Assembly: GCA_965222225.1 (NCBI GenBank)
Contig: CBDCTK010000002.1
Coordinates: 3,296,001-3,360,000, forward strand
Direction: 5' to 3'
Length of the DNA: 64,000 bases
From: Candidatus Poribacteria bacterium
Lineage (GTDB): Bacteria; Poribacteria; WGA-4E; JAJDTR01
In this document: positions 1 to 10,491 of the stretch, one piece after another
Layout of the letters: each line of letters starts with the position of its first letter
How positions within the stretch are numbered: position 1 is the stretch's first letter
The notes under the pieces: model-generated
Told to the model about the DNA's origin: nothing
What the model saw: the letters and a program-made list of their open reading frames with translations, nothing else
Database searches by the model: none
Made by a program: the position numbers and the translations under genes

Positions 1-4
1 CCAT

Positions 5-3000
5 TTAACGGCCAGAGATTTGTACAATGGCGGCTATTCTGCTGGTCTCAGCCAGTTGTAGCTCAAACCGCGATTCAGACGGTTTTTTCGTCGCTTCCTC
101 CACAATTGCAATCTCGTCGGAGGTGAGGCCGTACAATTCATAAATCAGTCGATCAATCTCTTGTTCGAGATTAGACGCTCCATAATCTGGATTCGATTGT
201 TTCATAGATAAAATTCGATCGACGAGTGCTATTATCTGTTCGTGCTTAGCCTTATCATTCGGGTTATTAAAGTCTAGGTCGTAGATGGGCATTGCTTCAA
301 TTTCTGATTTTTTGATTTTTGGAAATAAGGTTTTGAAGTCAGAATTGTTCTTAATCCAGAACCATTTCCCCAATTTACTGTTTATGATTCCAAGGATATA
401 CTTTAGAGAATATCTATCATCCGAACCAATTAGATTATAAATCGTATTTAGCGTGTAATATTGTTCCCCATCGTACGTAGCTATCGGGCTGCTTCCTATT
501 TGACGGATGACTATCTTGGGATTCAAGAAATATTTTTCATTTCTCTTGCGATGCAGCCAATTGCCATATTGAACATAAAGTCCGTCCCAATTTTTCTGGT
601 AAGTATTTATGTCCTTCCCATCAAGCACCTTCTTATATGTTTCATCCATCCTGATGCTAGAGACAAAATTTTTCTTGGAATCACCACCGGAACTTCCGCC
701 AAGTTGGATACCGATACAAATATCAGAAATCCCGCCCAGAGACACCGAAATGCTTTTGACCTTTTTTATTAACTCTGTAGCTGGCGGATCGATGTTAACG
801 TTAAAGCGAAAATCCACATTTGCGGTGAAAAATGATTGGGGAATATGAAAACCTTCCACCCCCTTGATAAGAACTTGATTTGATTCACTACTATCAACCT
901 TTTTGACAATAATAACAATGCTTTCAACCTGGGCAGCAAACACTTTCGAGTCAAAAGTTCTGATGACTTCAATACTTGTGTTTTCAAGAACTATTCTGCG
1001 CAGGTTCCGCGCGTTTACATTTGCCAAAAAGGTATTTGGTAGGATATACGCCAACAGACCTTCTTTCTTGAGTACGGAAATCCCTTTCTCCGTGAAGTAA
1101 ATGTATAAATCATACTTTCCTCCATAGGCATTATAGTTCTCAGAAAGATACTGCTTCACCTCATCTCCAAATGTTTCTCTTCCCAACACATAGGGAGGAT
1201 TCGCTACGACTATATCAAACCCATCCGCGATCCCGAACATCCATTCCGTGTCAAAGAAATCGGTAGAGGCGTTCTGGTCATAGGGATCCCAATAGGCGAT
1301 TTTTTCGGCTTCATCGGCGGGCATTCCGACACCCGTTAACTCCGCCGCCAATTTTCCGCGCAGTATCTTATCTCTACGTTTACAATTAAGTTTCTGTCGA
1401 CGTGTCGTGGCATGAAAATAGCGTTCCCGGTTGTCGCGCAGTTGGCGCTCAATGTCCTGTGCTTTTACGCTCGTCAGATCTCGCACGCGGGTGAGGCCGA
1501 TGAGGGTGTTCGCCGCGATAAAGCGCGTCTCCAGATTCGGCAACGGCTTGATACCGAAGTTCTCCGCGCCTTTATCCGGCAGCTGCTCAATGGCAAGGGA
1601 GATGAAGAAACGGAGTTTGGCGATTTGGCAAGCAATAGACTGAATATCCACGCCGAAGATGCTGTTCTGAATCAGGTACAACTTTCGGCCGAAATCGGAA
1701 TCCCGATACCGCTTGAAAGTTTCGTCGATTTCGACGAGCTCCTCGCGCCGTGTCTTGTCATCTTTCGTGTCAAACGCAACCTCTGCCCGCTTTGCCGCCC
1801 GTTCCTTCTGTAACCGTTCCCATCGGCTGTTATCCGGGTCGAGCCGCCGCAGTGCGAGAGTCAGCTTGTGGAGCACCCCCATCGGAAACGCGCCGGAACC
1901 CACGGCGGGGTCGAGTATCTTGAGTTCCGAGATTGCTCGCACGATTCTATCAGCTTCGCCGCTATCGAACCACTGGTCGGCATCGTCGGACGCCCTCGCA
2001 TAATCCAGCAGATAGTGCAACCGCTCCTCCCAGAATTTGGCATCCCCATTTGTTGGGCGCACCTGTCCTGCCAGTGTCGCTACCAATGCCTCCTCTACCA
2101 TATAATCGACGATGGGGCGCGGGGTGTAGTAGGAGCCGGTCTGTTTGCGGGCGGACTCGCCGGTTTCCGGGTTGTATGCCGCCAGCAAGTTCTCAAACAC
2201 CTTGCCCAGCAGTTCGGGGTCCAGCGCGACCTCCTGCTCCATCGGTGTGTTTTCCTCAACCGTGAACTTGTAGTGTTTCAACAAGGGAAACAGACCGTCG
2301 TCTTTATCAAAAAAGAGACGGTTGGGAAGACTCAGTTTTTTGTAATGTTTATCCGAAAAACAGTCGATGCGGAAGCCGCCGTCGTCTGTTGCCTCCTCGC
2401 TGTCCAAACAATCGAACAACCCGCCGTTAATGAAGGGTGTTTGGGCGAACAGCTCCAGCAGTTTATCAGGATCGTTTATCTGCTTCTTGAAACGATACCG
2501 CGAAAAGTCCCGATGCGTGGCGTTTTTCTCTGTGCTAAACTCGCGCTTTTCTATCTCTGTGTTGAGCGTGGCGAAGAACAAGTTTTGCAACACGGCGCGA
2601 TAGTAGGAATCGCCGTCCTCACGGTCATAGTTCTTCAACAGGTCTCGTACATCATCCTCCTCGAACAATCCCTCTGCGACCAATCCCTTCTCCTTAAGAA
2701 ACCAGACGAACAATAGGCGGGTGATTAGCCGGATAACGTGTTCCTGCGGGCTTAACGTTTTCATCTCCTCTGCCGGAAACTTCGCTTGAGACACCGCCCA
2801 TTCAAACCACTTGAACAACTCCTTATAAAAATCCCTGTTGAGCGCTTCTGTGTCCAGCGCTTCCTTCCACGCTTCATGGAGCGAATTGAGATCCGAGAAT
2901 TGACGCTGCCGATGCGAGAGGTCGAATAGAATGTCGATGTGCGCGCGGTGGGGGTCCCCAAGATTGATGTCCTTAATCAGCGTCACTTTTTCGAGCACAT

Positions 3001-3493
3001 CCCTTGATTCGTCGCGCTTGTGCAAACGCCGATCGATAACCGCAAAGGTCAGCGATCGGCCATGCTGGAAGACCATCATCGCCGGCATCGGGGTAAGTTT
3101 GTTGATTTCGCGTGTTATCTGCGAGAGCTGGGTGCGGGAGTAACTGCTTCCGCGCAACTTGAGAGCAAAAAAGAGGTAGGATTGATAAATGCTATTGTCT
3201 ATCCCGCTGCCCTCAAAGCCAAGTGTGGGCTGGTCGCTTAGGGTGATTTCGTCTCCTGTCAGCTGAAACAGGAGGTCGATAGACTCCCATTCATCTAGCA
3301 GCGCCCGTTCTGCATTCATCGTATTCGACGGATCAAAATAATCAATAAACTCGTCGGCTGTATTGGGCTCAAGGGACATCGTCCGTCCGCTCCGGTAGCC
3401 GAGCGTGTCTAAGAGGTGCCGCGCGTTTTCGGCGAGGTTGCCGCCGGTAAAGTGTTTAAGGGCGTCTTTTATGTCGTTTTTGTGTTGTTCCAT
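5..3493 (-). CDS. Type IIG-like (Eco57I/TaqI-like) restriction-modification protein: N6-adenine methyltransferase with C-terminal target recognition domain
   Basis: Motif I ILDPAVGSGAF, motif IV NPPY, LGKVFENLL/TGSYYTP segment, TaqI-C-like tail (EIDRLIYELYGLT). Likely start ATG at 3493 (MEQHK); the ORF track extends to 3514. Confidence 0.85.
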   Translation of the reverse strand: MEQHKNDIKDALKHFTGGNLAENARHLLDTLGYRSGRTMSLEPNTADEFIDYFDPSNTMNAERALLDEWESIDLLFQLTGDEITLSDQPTLGFEGSGIDNSIYQSYLFFALKLRGSSYSRTQLSQITREINKLTPMPAMMVFQHGRSLTFAVIDRRLHKRDESRDVLEKVTLIKDINLGDPHRAHIDILFDLSHRQRQFSDLNSLHEAWKEALDTEALNRDFYKELFKWFEWAVSQAKFPAEEMKTLSPQEHVIRLITRLLFVWFLKEKGLVAEGLFEEDDVRDLLKNYDREDGDSYYRAVLQNLFFATLNTEIEKREFSTEKNATHRDFSRYRFKKQINDPDKLLELFAQTPFINGGLFDCLDSEEATDDGGFRIDCFSDKHYKKLSLPNRLFFDKDDGLFPLLKHYKFTVEENTPMEQEVALDPELLGKVFENLLAAYNPETGESARKQTGSYYTPRPIVDYMVEEALVATLAGQVRPTNGDAKFWEERLHYLLDYARASDDADQWFDSGEADRIVRAISELKILDPAVGSGAFPMGVLHKLTLALRRLDPDNSRWERLQKERAAKRAEVAFDTKDDKTRREELVEIDETFKRYRDSDFGRKLYLIQNSIFGVDIQSIACQIAKLRFFISLAIEQLPDKGAENFGIKPLPNLETRFIAANTLIGLTRVRDLTSVKAQDIERQLRDNRERYFHATTRRQKLNCKRRDKILRGKLAAELTGVGMPADEAEKIAYWDPYDQNASTDFFDTEWMFGIADGFDIVVANPPYVLGRETFGDEVKQYLSENYNAYGGKYDLYIYFTEKGISVLKKEGLLAYILPNTFLANVNARNLRRIVLENTSIEVIRTFDSKVFAAQVESIVIIVKKVDSSESNQVLIKGVEGFHIPQSFFTANVDFRFNVNIDPPATELIKKVKSISVSLGGISDICIGIQLGGSSGGDSKKNFVSSIRMDETYKKVLDGKDINTYQKNWDGLYVQYGNWLHRKRNEKYFLNPKIVIRQIGSSPIATYDGEQYYTLNTIYNLIGSDDRYSLKYILGIINSKLGKWFWIKNNSDFKTLFPKIKKSEIEAMPIYDLDFNNPNDKAKHEQIIALVDRILSMKQSNPDYGASNLEQEIDRLIYELYGLTSDEIAIVEEATKKPSESRFELQLAETSRIAAIVQISGR

Positions 3494-3522
3494 GATTGAT
3501 TTTCGCAATGGCAAAGGCTGGT

Positions 3523-3559
3523 AGGAACTCTATCGCCCTTCTTAATCAGTCGGTTGATC
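3523..3559 (+). repeat. 37-bp degenerate micro-repeat (RGGAnnTCTATCGC...TTGATC) inside a REP palindrome; representative of >=14 copies
   Basis: Other copies at 12173-12209(-), 27235-27271(-), 31630-31667(-), 34936-34972, 37337-37373, 37450-37486, 37568-37605, 38053-38090, 40642-40678, 40853-40889, 44249-44285, 52319-52355, 54532-54569. Confidence 0.85.
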
Positions 3560-3564
3560 GCACC

Positions 3565-4947
3565 CTACAAAGACCGCAAGGGTTCATGGCGAGATGCGGA
3601 CTCTAAGTTTTGGTTTACCTCAGTCCACCATTCTGGATACTCAAGCGGTTCGGCATAATGGAGGTTATCAGAAGATTTTCTAAGAAATTCATCTTCAATT
3701 TCTATTTGTCGATTGATCGCCTTCTGATATGCTTCAACAGCGTCTTGGTAGTGACCGCACCTGTGACATGTTGTTCCAAGACGGCAAAGCAACTCGGGAT
3801 AGAGTCGAGACATATCTGAAGGGAAGTCATAGGCGCTCCTTACACGCCTATAACACCAGATTGCCAACTCATAATGTCCAGCTTCATCATTGGCAACAGC
3901 GAGATCGTAATACACCTCATTACGATCGTCTCTGAAGGCGGTCACTATGGCGTTATTATAGCATTCAATTGCTTGCATGTAGTTTCCACCAGCGAAGTAT
4001 TGTTTTCCCAACTCATGGTATGCCCCAGCAAGATTATTACGGCCCTTATTGTCAAGAACAATGGCTTGTTTGAATGCTTGAATCACATCGTCAAATTGAC
4101 CGATCCATTGGTACGCCTCTCCTAGTGCGCTATAGGCATCCGCATAATGGGGTTTGATTTCGATGGCTGTGCGATATGCTTCTATTGCCTTTTCGAGAAC
4201 AGCTCGAACTTCGGGGTGTTTGCCTTGCTTCATTGCCTCAATTTCGTCCTGGGTTTCATTACCATAATCTTCAGACAGTGTTATGTAGGAATCAATCGAA
4301 CCACTGTACGCTTCTCCCAATTCGTAATATGCCTTGGCGTCGTCGGGTTGAATTTCCGTGAGTTTTTGATAGATTTCTATGCGTGCCTCCACGATGTCAA
4401 CTGTTATGATGCCTGTTTGATCGTATAGAAAGGAATCGTCCCAATCGTTAATCTCCTTGTCTTCCATCAATAACGTGTATGTCCATGCCAATTTGTAGTA
4501 GGAATCAGTGAGATCGGGGCAAACTTCAATGGCCTGTTTATACCATTCAATAGCCCGCATGCTGTCAGATGGATACTCTATATCCTCGGATTGCTTCCCA
4601 CCAAAATCGTGGAACAGTCCGGCTAAAGACTTGCGAGCGTCCGCGTGATCCGGTTGGAGTTCGATCGCTTTCTGGTAAGCCCCTATTGCCCCTTTATAAA
4701 GTTCATACTCCTCATCAGCGTAAAGCGATTCTTCAGTGTTCTCGATTTGTATCCTAGTTAATCCTGAGCGACAACACCCTATCCGAAACCACGCTTCGGC
4801 ATGAACAGCGTCAAGCTCAACAGCCTGTTCAAAGCAGGATAGGGCATCGGCATAGTGTTCGTGCTTTATCAAGACTAGCCCTTCCTCACAAAGTTGCTGA
4901 GCAGTTTCAGGGGTGTCGGCGGTTTTCTGCAACGGCTGTTGGTTCAT
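3565..4947 (-). CDS. Tetratricopeptide repeat protein
   Basis: Multiple TPR units (AIEAYRTAIEIKPHYADAYSALGEAY, AYQKAIELQPDHADA). Confidence 0.85.
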   Translation of the reverse strand: MNQQPLQKTADTPETAQQLCEEGLVLIKHEHYADALSCFEQAVELDAVHAEAWFRIGCCRSGLTRIQIENTEESLYADEEYELYKGAIGAYQKAIELQPDHADARKSLAGLFHDFGGKQSEDIEYPSDSMRAIEWYKQAIEVCPDLTDSYYKLAWTYTLLMEDKEINDWDDSFLYDQTGIITVDIVEARIEIYQKLTEIQPDDAKAYYELGEAYSGSIDSYITLSEDYGNETQDEIEAMKQGKHPEVRAVLEKAIEAYRTAIEIKPHYADAYSALGEAYQWIGQFDDVIQAFKQAIVLDNKGRNNLAGAYHELGKQYFAGGNYMQAIECYNNAIVTAFRDDRNEVYYDLAVANDEAGHYELAIWCYRRVRSAYDFPSDMSRLYPELLCRLGTTCHRCGHYQDAVEAYQKAINRQIEIEDEFLRKSSDNLHYAEPLEYPEWWTEVNQNLESASRHEPLRSL

Positions 4948-5034
4948 GGTTAATTTTCCGAAATGTGGAGTGTGCGAACCTACCTATTAAAGAGTAAGTG
5001 GTCAATTTTTTGGATTCAATTACGTCAATTCAGT

Positions 5035-5063
5035 AAAGGCTGGTGCGCAGTGCGCACCCTACA
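5035..5063. repeat. GTAG-type REP palindrome (TGTAGGGTGCGCACTGCGCACCAGCCTTT family)
   Basis: Related copies at 6901-6927, 22864-22892, 28400-28428, 32041-32069 and 40790-40818, all near gene ends or intergenic. Confidence 0.85.
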
Positions 5064-5071
5064 AGACGAGG

Positions 5072-5479
5072 TCAACAATCGTTGCCCTCGGCAGAATAAC
5101 TCGCACGAACCACCGTTTTAAGCCCACCCCGAAGATTGAACTCCCCAACCACCTCGACGCTGCGCGGACGACAAGCCGCAACAAAATCGTCCAATACCTT
5201 GTTGACGACGTGTTCATGGAAGATTCCAACGTCGCGGAAAGAGAGGAAATACGATTTCAACGACTTGAGTTCAACGCATCGCTCGTCGGGCACATACGTC
5301 ACCCGAATCGTGGCAAAGTCGGGTAATCCGGTTTTGGGGCATACGGCGGTAAATTCGAGATTCGTGATTTCGATGGTGTAGTCTCGATCGCTGTACTCGT
5401 TCCTCCACGTTTCGATTTCCGGTGTGTCGAGTTGGCGGATGCGGTTTTGTAAGCCATCGTAGGAGCGGGGAGTGCTCAT
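5072..5479 (-). CDS. queF: NADPH-dependent 7-cyano-7-deazaguanine reductase (short type)
   Basis: EFTAVCPKTGLPDFA catalytic Cys motif, VELKSLK QueF motif, GIFHE, FNLRGG. Confidence 0.95.
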   Translation of the reverse strand: MSTPRSYDGLQNRIRQLDTPEIETWRNEYSDRDYTIEITNLEFTAVCPKTGLPDFATIRVTYVPDERCVELKSLKSYFLSFRDVGIFHEHVVNKVLDDFVAACRPRSVEVVGEFNLRGGLKTVVRASYSAEGNDC

Positions 5480-5641
5480 GAAGGTTTCCTTTCTAGTGCT
5501 GCGTTTTGATTAGAATGATAACACCGCTTCATGAATATCGTCAAGTTGTAGACAGAGTTGCATGCTGCGCAGACTCGTAGAGAATAAAGATTTTCAATCG
5601 TCAAATCGTCGATTGCGCCGTACAACGCCGAGAGGTTTGCC

Positions 5642-5671
5642 TTGACACGTCTAACGTTCGGCATCTATAAT
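5642..5671 (+). promoter_or_regulatory. Sigma70-type promoter for the MFS gene
   Basis: TTGACA-18 nt-TATAAT about 40 nt upstream of ATG 5712. Confidence 0.7.
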
Positions 5672-5711
5672 CATCGCATTGCCACCACATCGCGGCAGCG
5701 GGCCCCCACGG

Positions 5712-6875
5712 ATGACGAAAAGCGCATTAACGATTTTGTTTCTGACGATGTTTTTTATTATGCTTGGTTTCGGGATTATCATCCCACACCTCGCATACTA
5801 TGCTGACAATTTAGGCGCTAGTCCGCTGCAAATTGGTGGTTTGTTGGCAGTCTACTCGGCAGCACAGCTTGTCTTTGCGCCGATGTGGGGGCGCCTCTCC
5901 GACCGCAAGGGCCGCAAGCCGTTGATTCTGATCGGACTCATCGGAAATGCGGCTGCACTAATCCTGTTCGGTTTTTCGAAAACGTTGATCTGGGCATTCA
6001 CTGCCCGCGCCCTATCCGGGGCATGGTCGGCAGCGGTCCTGCCCACGGTCATGGCTTATGTCGCAGATGTGACGACAGAGAAAGAACGCGGCAAGGGCAT
6101 GGCTTTGATGGGAGCGGCAATGGGACTCGGGTTCATCTTGGGCCCTGCCATCGGCGCCGTACTGCATCAGCACCATACCCCGTTCTTCCTTGCCGGCGTG
6201 CTCTCGCTTGCGACTTTCGTTTTCGCCTTAATCCTGTTGCCGGAGTCACTCAAAGCCGCAAATCGTAAAGATGGCGGCGAGGGTTGGGTTTTCCCGTGGG
6301 AGATATTCAGTCCGCGGACGTTGCGTAACCCGTTAATGCCGCTGTTCCTTGTGGCATTTTTCTCGACCTTCGTTTTCTCGGGCTTGGAGGCGACCTTCCC
6401 GCTCTTCATCGCGGACCGATGGGATTACGGGGCAAGAGAGATAGGGCAGATGTTCGTCATTATGGGTTCCATCGTCGCCCTGCTGCAAGCAAGTGTTCTG
6501 GGTAGGCTGATAAACAGGTGTGGAGAATTCAGACTGATTGTCCTCGGCTTGATGATTAACGCCGTTGGTATGGCGTTGCTGCCGTGGTCAATGGGGTTTG
6601 TGACCGTCACGGCTTATCTCACAATCACCGGAATCGGAAACCAGATTGTCCGCCCGACAACGTCGTCGTGGATCTCGAAAGAGACAACAATCGGTCAAGG
6701 TACAGCCATCGGAATGATGGATGCCTACCTAAGCCTTGGCCGCGTGTTAGGTCCCCCTTTTGCCGGGAGGTTATACACAGCCGAAACCTTCCGAATCCCC
6801 TACTGGATTTCTGCGGGGATATTGATACTTGCGTTGATTTGCCTGTTCTTCCCCTTGAGGCGGATTGGACGGTAG
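5712..6875 (+). CDS. MFS transporter, TetA/DHA1-like efflux family
   Basis: Motif A WGRLSDRKGRKP, GFILGPAIG motif C, about 12 hydrophobic segments; start taken at MTKS. Confidence 0.9.
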   Translation: MTKSALTILFLTMFFIMLGFGIIIPHLAYYADNLGASPLQIGGLLAVYSAAQLVFAPMWGRLSDRKGRKPLILIGLIGNAAALILFGFSKTLIWAFTARALSGAWSAAVLPTVMAYVADVTTEKERGKGMALMGAAMGLGFILGPAIGAVLHQHHTPFFLAGVLSLATFVFALILLPESLKAANRKDGGEGWVFPWEIFSPRTLRNPLMPLFLVAFFSTFVFSGLEATFPLFIADRWDYGAREIGQMFVIMGSIVALLQASVLGRLINRCGEFRLIVLGLMINAVGMALLPWSMGFVTVTAYLTITGIGNQIVRPTTSSWISKETTIGQGTAIGMMDAYLSLGRVLGPPFAGRLYTAETFRIPYWISAGILILALICLFFPLRRIGR

Positions 6876-6948
6876 AAAAGAGGGGGCAAATTCAGTCCAC
6901 AGGCTGGTGGGCGGTGCCCACCCTACAAGGAAAGGACGAACGACCGGT

Positions 6949-9900
6949 TCACTCTAGGGCTGGCAAGTCGTGACTAATTCGCCGCGTGTTGTATTCCAAT
7001 TGATGCCGCAAATGCTCGGCGTCGCTCGGATAGCTCTCGCCGTCGGGATACGGATAGGCGGACATCCCGTGGAAAGGCAGCGGCTCGACCGTTTGAGAGT
7101 GGAGCGTGTTGATATCCCCGTCCTTGTCCCAACCGTCGCTGTAGAGGATAAAACCCCTTACCCATCCATCCTGTAATGGCGGTAATTTATCGGCATCAAA
7201 CTCGACCGTCATCTCGTCTCCCGCGTTCATGATAACATACATATCGTCAACCGATTGCATCAGCGGTGTGACATCCCCGAATCGGGTATAATGCCCGCGC
7301 AAATCTCGCCATTGCCCCGTCGTTGTGACCTCATCATAATCGAACAAGTGCGGGGCATGCGGCGTGGGACGGTACATCTTTGAGAACCCGCGATAGTGCA
7401 GATCCGCACGCTCTGGCGACAATTCCGTCACCCGAATTGGCACATCGTTGTCGTCGCCGACGCTGAAGAACGCCGCATCCCAGTAAATCTGCATATCCGT
7501 TGCAATCTTCACCCGACGGTCGTCGGAAAGAAACTTTCCCGTTAGGTCGATTGCGATGGTCTTGTTCTTTCCGGCGGGCAACCCGATGATATCAACCACC
7601 GTTTTCCAATTTCCCTCCGCATCCCGCACCTGCAGATAAGGGAAAACCGGACTGATTTGCGGATTCTGGAAGAGTGACACGTTGATGCTTGTATCGGTAG
7701 GAAAGATCCAACCGGTCAGGAAAAGCGTCACCGTTTCGCCATCTGGCACATCACCGAGATTGAGGACGATGGCGTGTGGCGAGACGACGCCCTGATATTC
7801 CCCCGGCTCGTGCTCTATCGCGTATTCATAATCGAATTCCCTAAGCGCATCGGAGACATCGTTTCCGAGGTGGTCAAAAGCGCTTTGCGGCTGACGCCTC
7901 TCCTTGACGGTATAAATCTTGAACGGAGAATAGGGTGGCAGCGTATATCTTTCATCAACAAAAACCTCTGTCCCGGCGGGTCGATCGACAGCCATTAGTT
8001 TCACCATATCAAAGTACGCTGTTTCCCATAACTCCTCCGTAATTTGCAGCGAATAAACTCCGTCTTTCGGAGCCACGAAGTCGGGGATCTTCACATAATC
8101 TGCGGTCTGATCCGGCGCGACGGAGCCGATAGACGTAATCATGCCGAGAGGGCTGCGCCACAGAAGGTCCGTTACGAACCGGTATCGCTCGCCATCATAG
8201 ACATAAAGGAATGGGCAAGACCCCTTCAAGACCTGCTTCTCGACGATTCGCTGATTCGCTTCCGGTTTAATCACATTTTGCGGCACGCCATTCGTCCATA
8301 CCACACGCAACACATCTGCCCGCTCAGCCGATCCCAAGCCGAAATGCGAAACCGGCTCAGTCGTGTACTTCATTTGATAGAGGTCGTCAATCTTGACCTC
8401 GACTTTGGAGCCGATGCCGTCAATGTTGACCTTGTTGTTGCCCGTGGTCACGGCTTCAAGACGCACCTGCAGCCAACTGTTCCGGTTCCCGCCATCATTG
8501 CGCAGCGCAACAACCTGACCATTGCCGTCAACCAGAAAGAGATCAAGATCGCCGTCATTGTCATAATCGCCGACTGCGCCATGGACACCGCTGGAAAGGG
8601 AGCTTGGCAGGATGTCCGAGACATCGGTAAACCGCCCTGTCCCGTCATTTCGAAATAGGAGAACGGGCCGATTGTGGCCATGTGCCGATCCACCCCATCG
8701 TTCTCCGAGAATCCATAAATCGAGAAATCCGTCGTTGTCGAAATCGACGAAGTGGCAATCCCTACTGTGTAGGGCCAATGTTGTCTGTATATCGGCATCA
8801 AAGTGTTTATCGCGGGTGAACGTGCCATCGCCGCGATTGCGATAAAGTTGGTGGGGTGCTTCTATCGGTGTAGCAAGAAAAAGGTCAAGCGCGCCGTCAT
8901 TGTCATAATCGGCGGCCGCAACTGAAGTAAACTGTTGGTCTTGCGGGATGCCGGTTTCGTCCGTCACTGCTTTCATCCGTCCCTGACGCTGGTTATCGTA
9001 GAGCGTGCAACCCCCATTCCCGTTAACAACAAACAGATCTGTGTCGCCGTCATCATCGAAATCCCCGAAAGCGGCATCAATGCCAGGAGAAGGCGCGGTA
9101 GGGAGAAAGGTTTGGTGTGTAACATCGGTGAAAGTGTTGTCGGCGTTGTTGCGATGGACTTCGATTTCACTATCGGTAACGTAAATTTTGTCCAAGTCTC
9201 CGTCATGATCATAATCAACAAATAGTAGCTCCGCACCGACTCCGTATTCTATCAGATAACTATAACCATCGTCACCTCTTTGGACAACCGTCTCTTGTTG
9301 TTTGTCCAGAATAAACCACTCTTGGTCGCCATTTTTATCAATGTCGGCAAAAGCTGAAGCATCTCCGTGTTCTGCCATAGCGAACAGGCCCGATACAAAT
9401 ACGACGGGCCCGTTTTCATTCAGTGGGAGCGATGTGTAAGACTGGCTATCTGGCGCTAACAGCACAAACAATTCTAAGCCACCGTCGCGGTCAGTATCTA
9501 TCACAAATACCTTCATCGGCTTTCTCCGTCTAAGAAAAGTACCAAGAATCTCTTCACTCACATCAACGAATTGCACGTCAATCGGTGGGCTCAGTTTCGC
9601 CTTCACGCGGGATTTGAAACCTTGATCGAACGCTTCAATCGGGTGACCCAAGATGTCCGTCACCAACTCGCCAATCCCCTGCTGGTAACGAGGCGTGGCT
9701 TTCTGAATATTTTCAAAGATTCGAATGAACTTCTTCGCGCCCTTTGAATCGTCCTGCTCAAGCAGGTGCAACCCCTGTTTGAGATACTTCAGCGCATCCT
9801 CTTTGACATCCCAGAACAGGGCAGCCAATTCCGCGCCAATCTGTTTCGCTTCTTCAATCCGCTCAACCTGCAAAAGCGCTTGCGCCAATTTGAGCCGAAC

Positions 9901-10476
9901 AACGACGTTCGTTGGCGTTTGATTGCGTAGCGTCTGGAGGTGAGAAATTGCCTGCTTCGTGGCTTCTTGGTCATCCCGCATCCCGAGGTAGTGGCGTACC
10001 AACTTATATCGCGCCCCCAAATCCTCCGGATCGCGTTTCACAGCTTCGATCATCTCCGCGACAGCTTCCTCGGACTTTCCCTGCCACTGGTAAATCTCCG
10101 AGAGGATAAAATGCAACTGGCTATCCATCGGTTGAACTTCAAGCCCGCGTTTAACCCATACTTCAGCTTCTTCGCTGTTCTTGAGACGAAGATGTGCCAC
10201 AGCCATGTTGCCGTAACCGATCGCTTCATCGGGAACAAGGTCGATTAACGCCCGGAATTCTTCAGCCGCCTTGTGGGGTTGCGATTCTTCGAGATAGGCT
10301 AAGCCGAGGTTCTGGTAGTGGATTGCTCCCGCGATAACGTCGGCGGGACTACGTTCCTGAGGATGCGCATTTGGAAGATAAAAAAGAAGGGCGAGAATAA
10401 CAAGCGTTGAAATGTGAAGAATGTTATGTCTGGCGTGGTTCATGAATTTACGTAGCAATCGTGAATATAAAATCAA
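6949..10476 (-). CDS. Secreted TPR + FG-GAP/VCBS repeat + ASPIC/UnbV (CRTAC1-like) protein
   Basis: N-terminal hydrophobic signal, TPRs, repeated DYDNDGDLDLF motifs, HFGLG...VVWTNG (ASPIC-UnbV), conserved KGSCP C-terminal domain. The start may be a few codons downstream. Confidence 0.85.
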   Translation of the reverse strand: MILYSRLLRKFMNHARHNILHISTLVILALLFYLPNAHPQERSPADVIAGAIHYQNLGLAYLEESQPHKAAEEFRALIDLVPDEAIGYGNMAVAHLRLKNSEEAEVWVKRGLEVQPMDSQLHFILSEIYQWQGKSEEAVAEMIEAVKRDPEDLGARYKLVRHYLGMRDDQEATKQAISHLQTLRNQTPTNVVVRLKLAQALLQVERIEEAKQIGAELAALFWDVKEDALKYLKQGLHLLEQDDSKGAKKFIRIFENIQKATPRYQQGIGELVTDILGHPIEAFDQGFKSRVKAKLSPPIDVQFVDVSEEILGTFLRRRKPMKVFVIDTDRDGGLELFVLLAPDSQSYTSLPLNENGPVVFVSGLFAMAEHGDASAFADIDKNGDQEWFILDKQQETVVQRGDDGYSYLIEYGVGAELLFVDYDHDGDLDKIYVTDSEIEVHRNNADNTFTDVTHQTFLPTAPSPGIDAAFGDFDDDGDTDLFVVNGNGGCTLYDNQRQGRMKAVTDETGIPQDQQFTSVAAADYDNDGALDLFLATPIEAPHQLYRNRGDGTFTRDKHFDADIQTTLALHSRDCHFVDFDNDGFLDLWILGERWGGSAHGHNRPVLLFRNDGTGRFTDVSDILPSSLSSGVHGAVGDYDNDGDLDLFLVDGNGQVVALRNDGGNRNSWLQVRLEAVTTGNNKVNIDGIGSKVEVKIDDLYQMKYTTEPVSHFGLGSAERADVLRVVWTNGVPQNVIKPEANQRIVEKQVLKGSCPFLYVYDGERYRFVTDLLWRSPLGMITSIGSVAPDQTADYVKIPDFVAPKDGVYSLQITEELWETAYFDMVKLMAVDRPAGTEVFVDERYTLPPYSPFKIYTVKERRQPQSAFDHLGNDVSDALREFDYEYAIEHEPGEYQGVVSPHAIVLNLGDVPDGETVTLFLTGWIFPTDTSINVSLFQNPQISPVFPYLQVRDAEGNWKTVVDIIGLPAGKNKTIAIDLTGKFLSDDRRVKIATDMQIYWDAAFFSVGDDNDVPIRVTELSPERADLHYRGFSKMYRPTPHAPHLFDYDEVTTTGQWRDLRGHYTRFGDVTPLMQSVDDMYVIMNAGDEMTVEFDADKLPPLQDGWVRGFILYSDGWDKDGDINTLHSQTVEPLPFHGMSAYPYPDGESYPSDAEHLRHQLEYNTRRISHDLPALE

Positions 10477-10491
10477 GATGGGATTTTCTCG

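Noticed and set aside
1412-3241. Long antisense ORFs over GC-rich genes (also over hsdR, hsdM and BCCT)
   Set aside because: They are shadow frames of well-supported genes and carry no recognisable motifs.
5-5479. queF next to an RM gene as a 7-deazaguanine DNA-modification (dpd) system
   Set aside because: No dpdA/tgt-like, queC/D/E or other dpd genes are present; queF alone fits tRNA queuosine synthesis.
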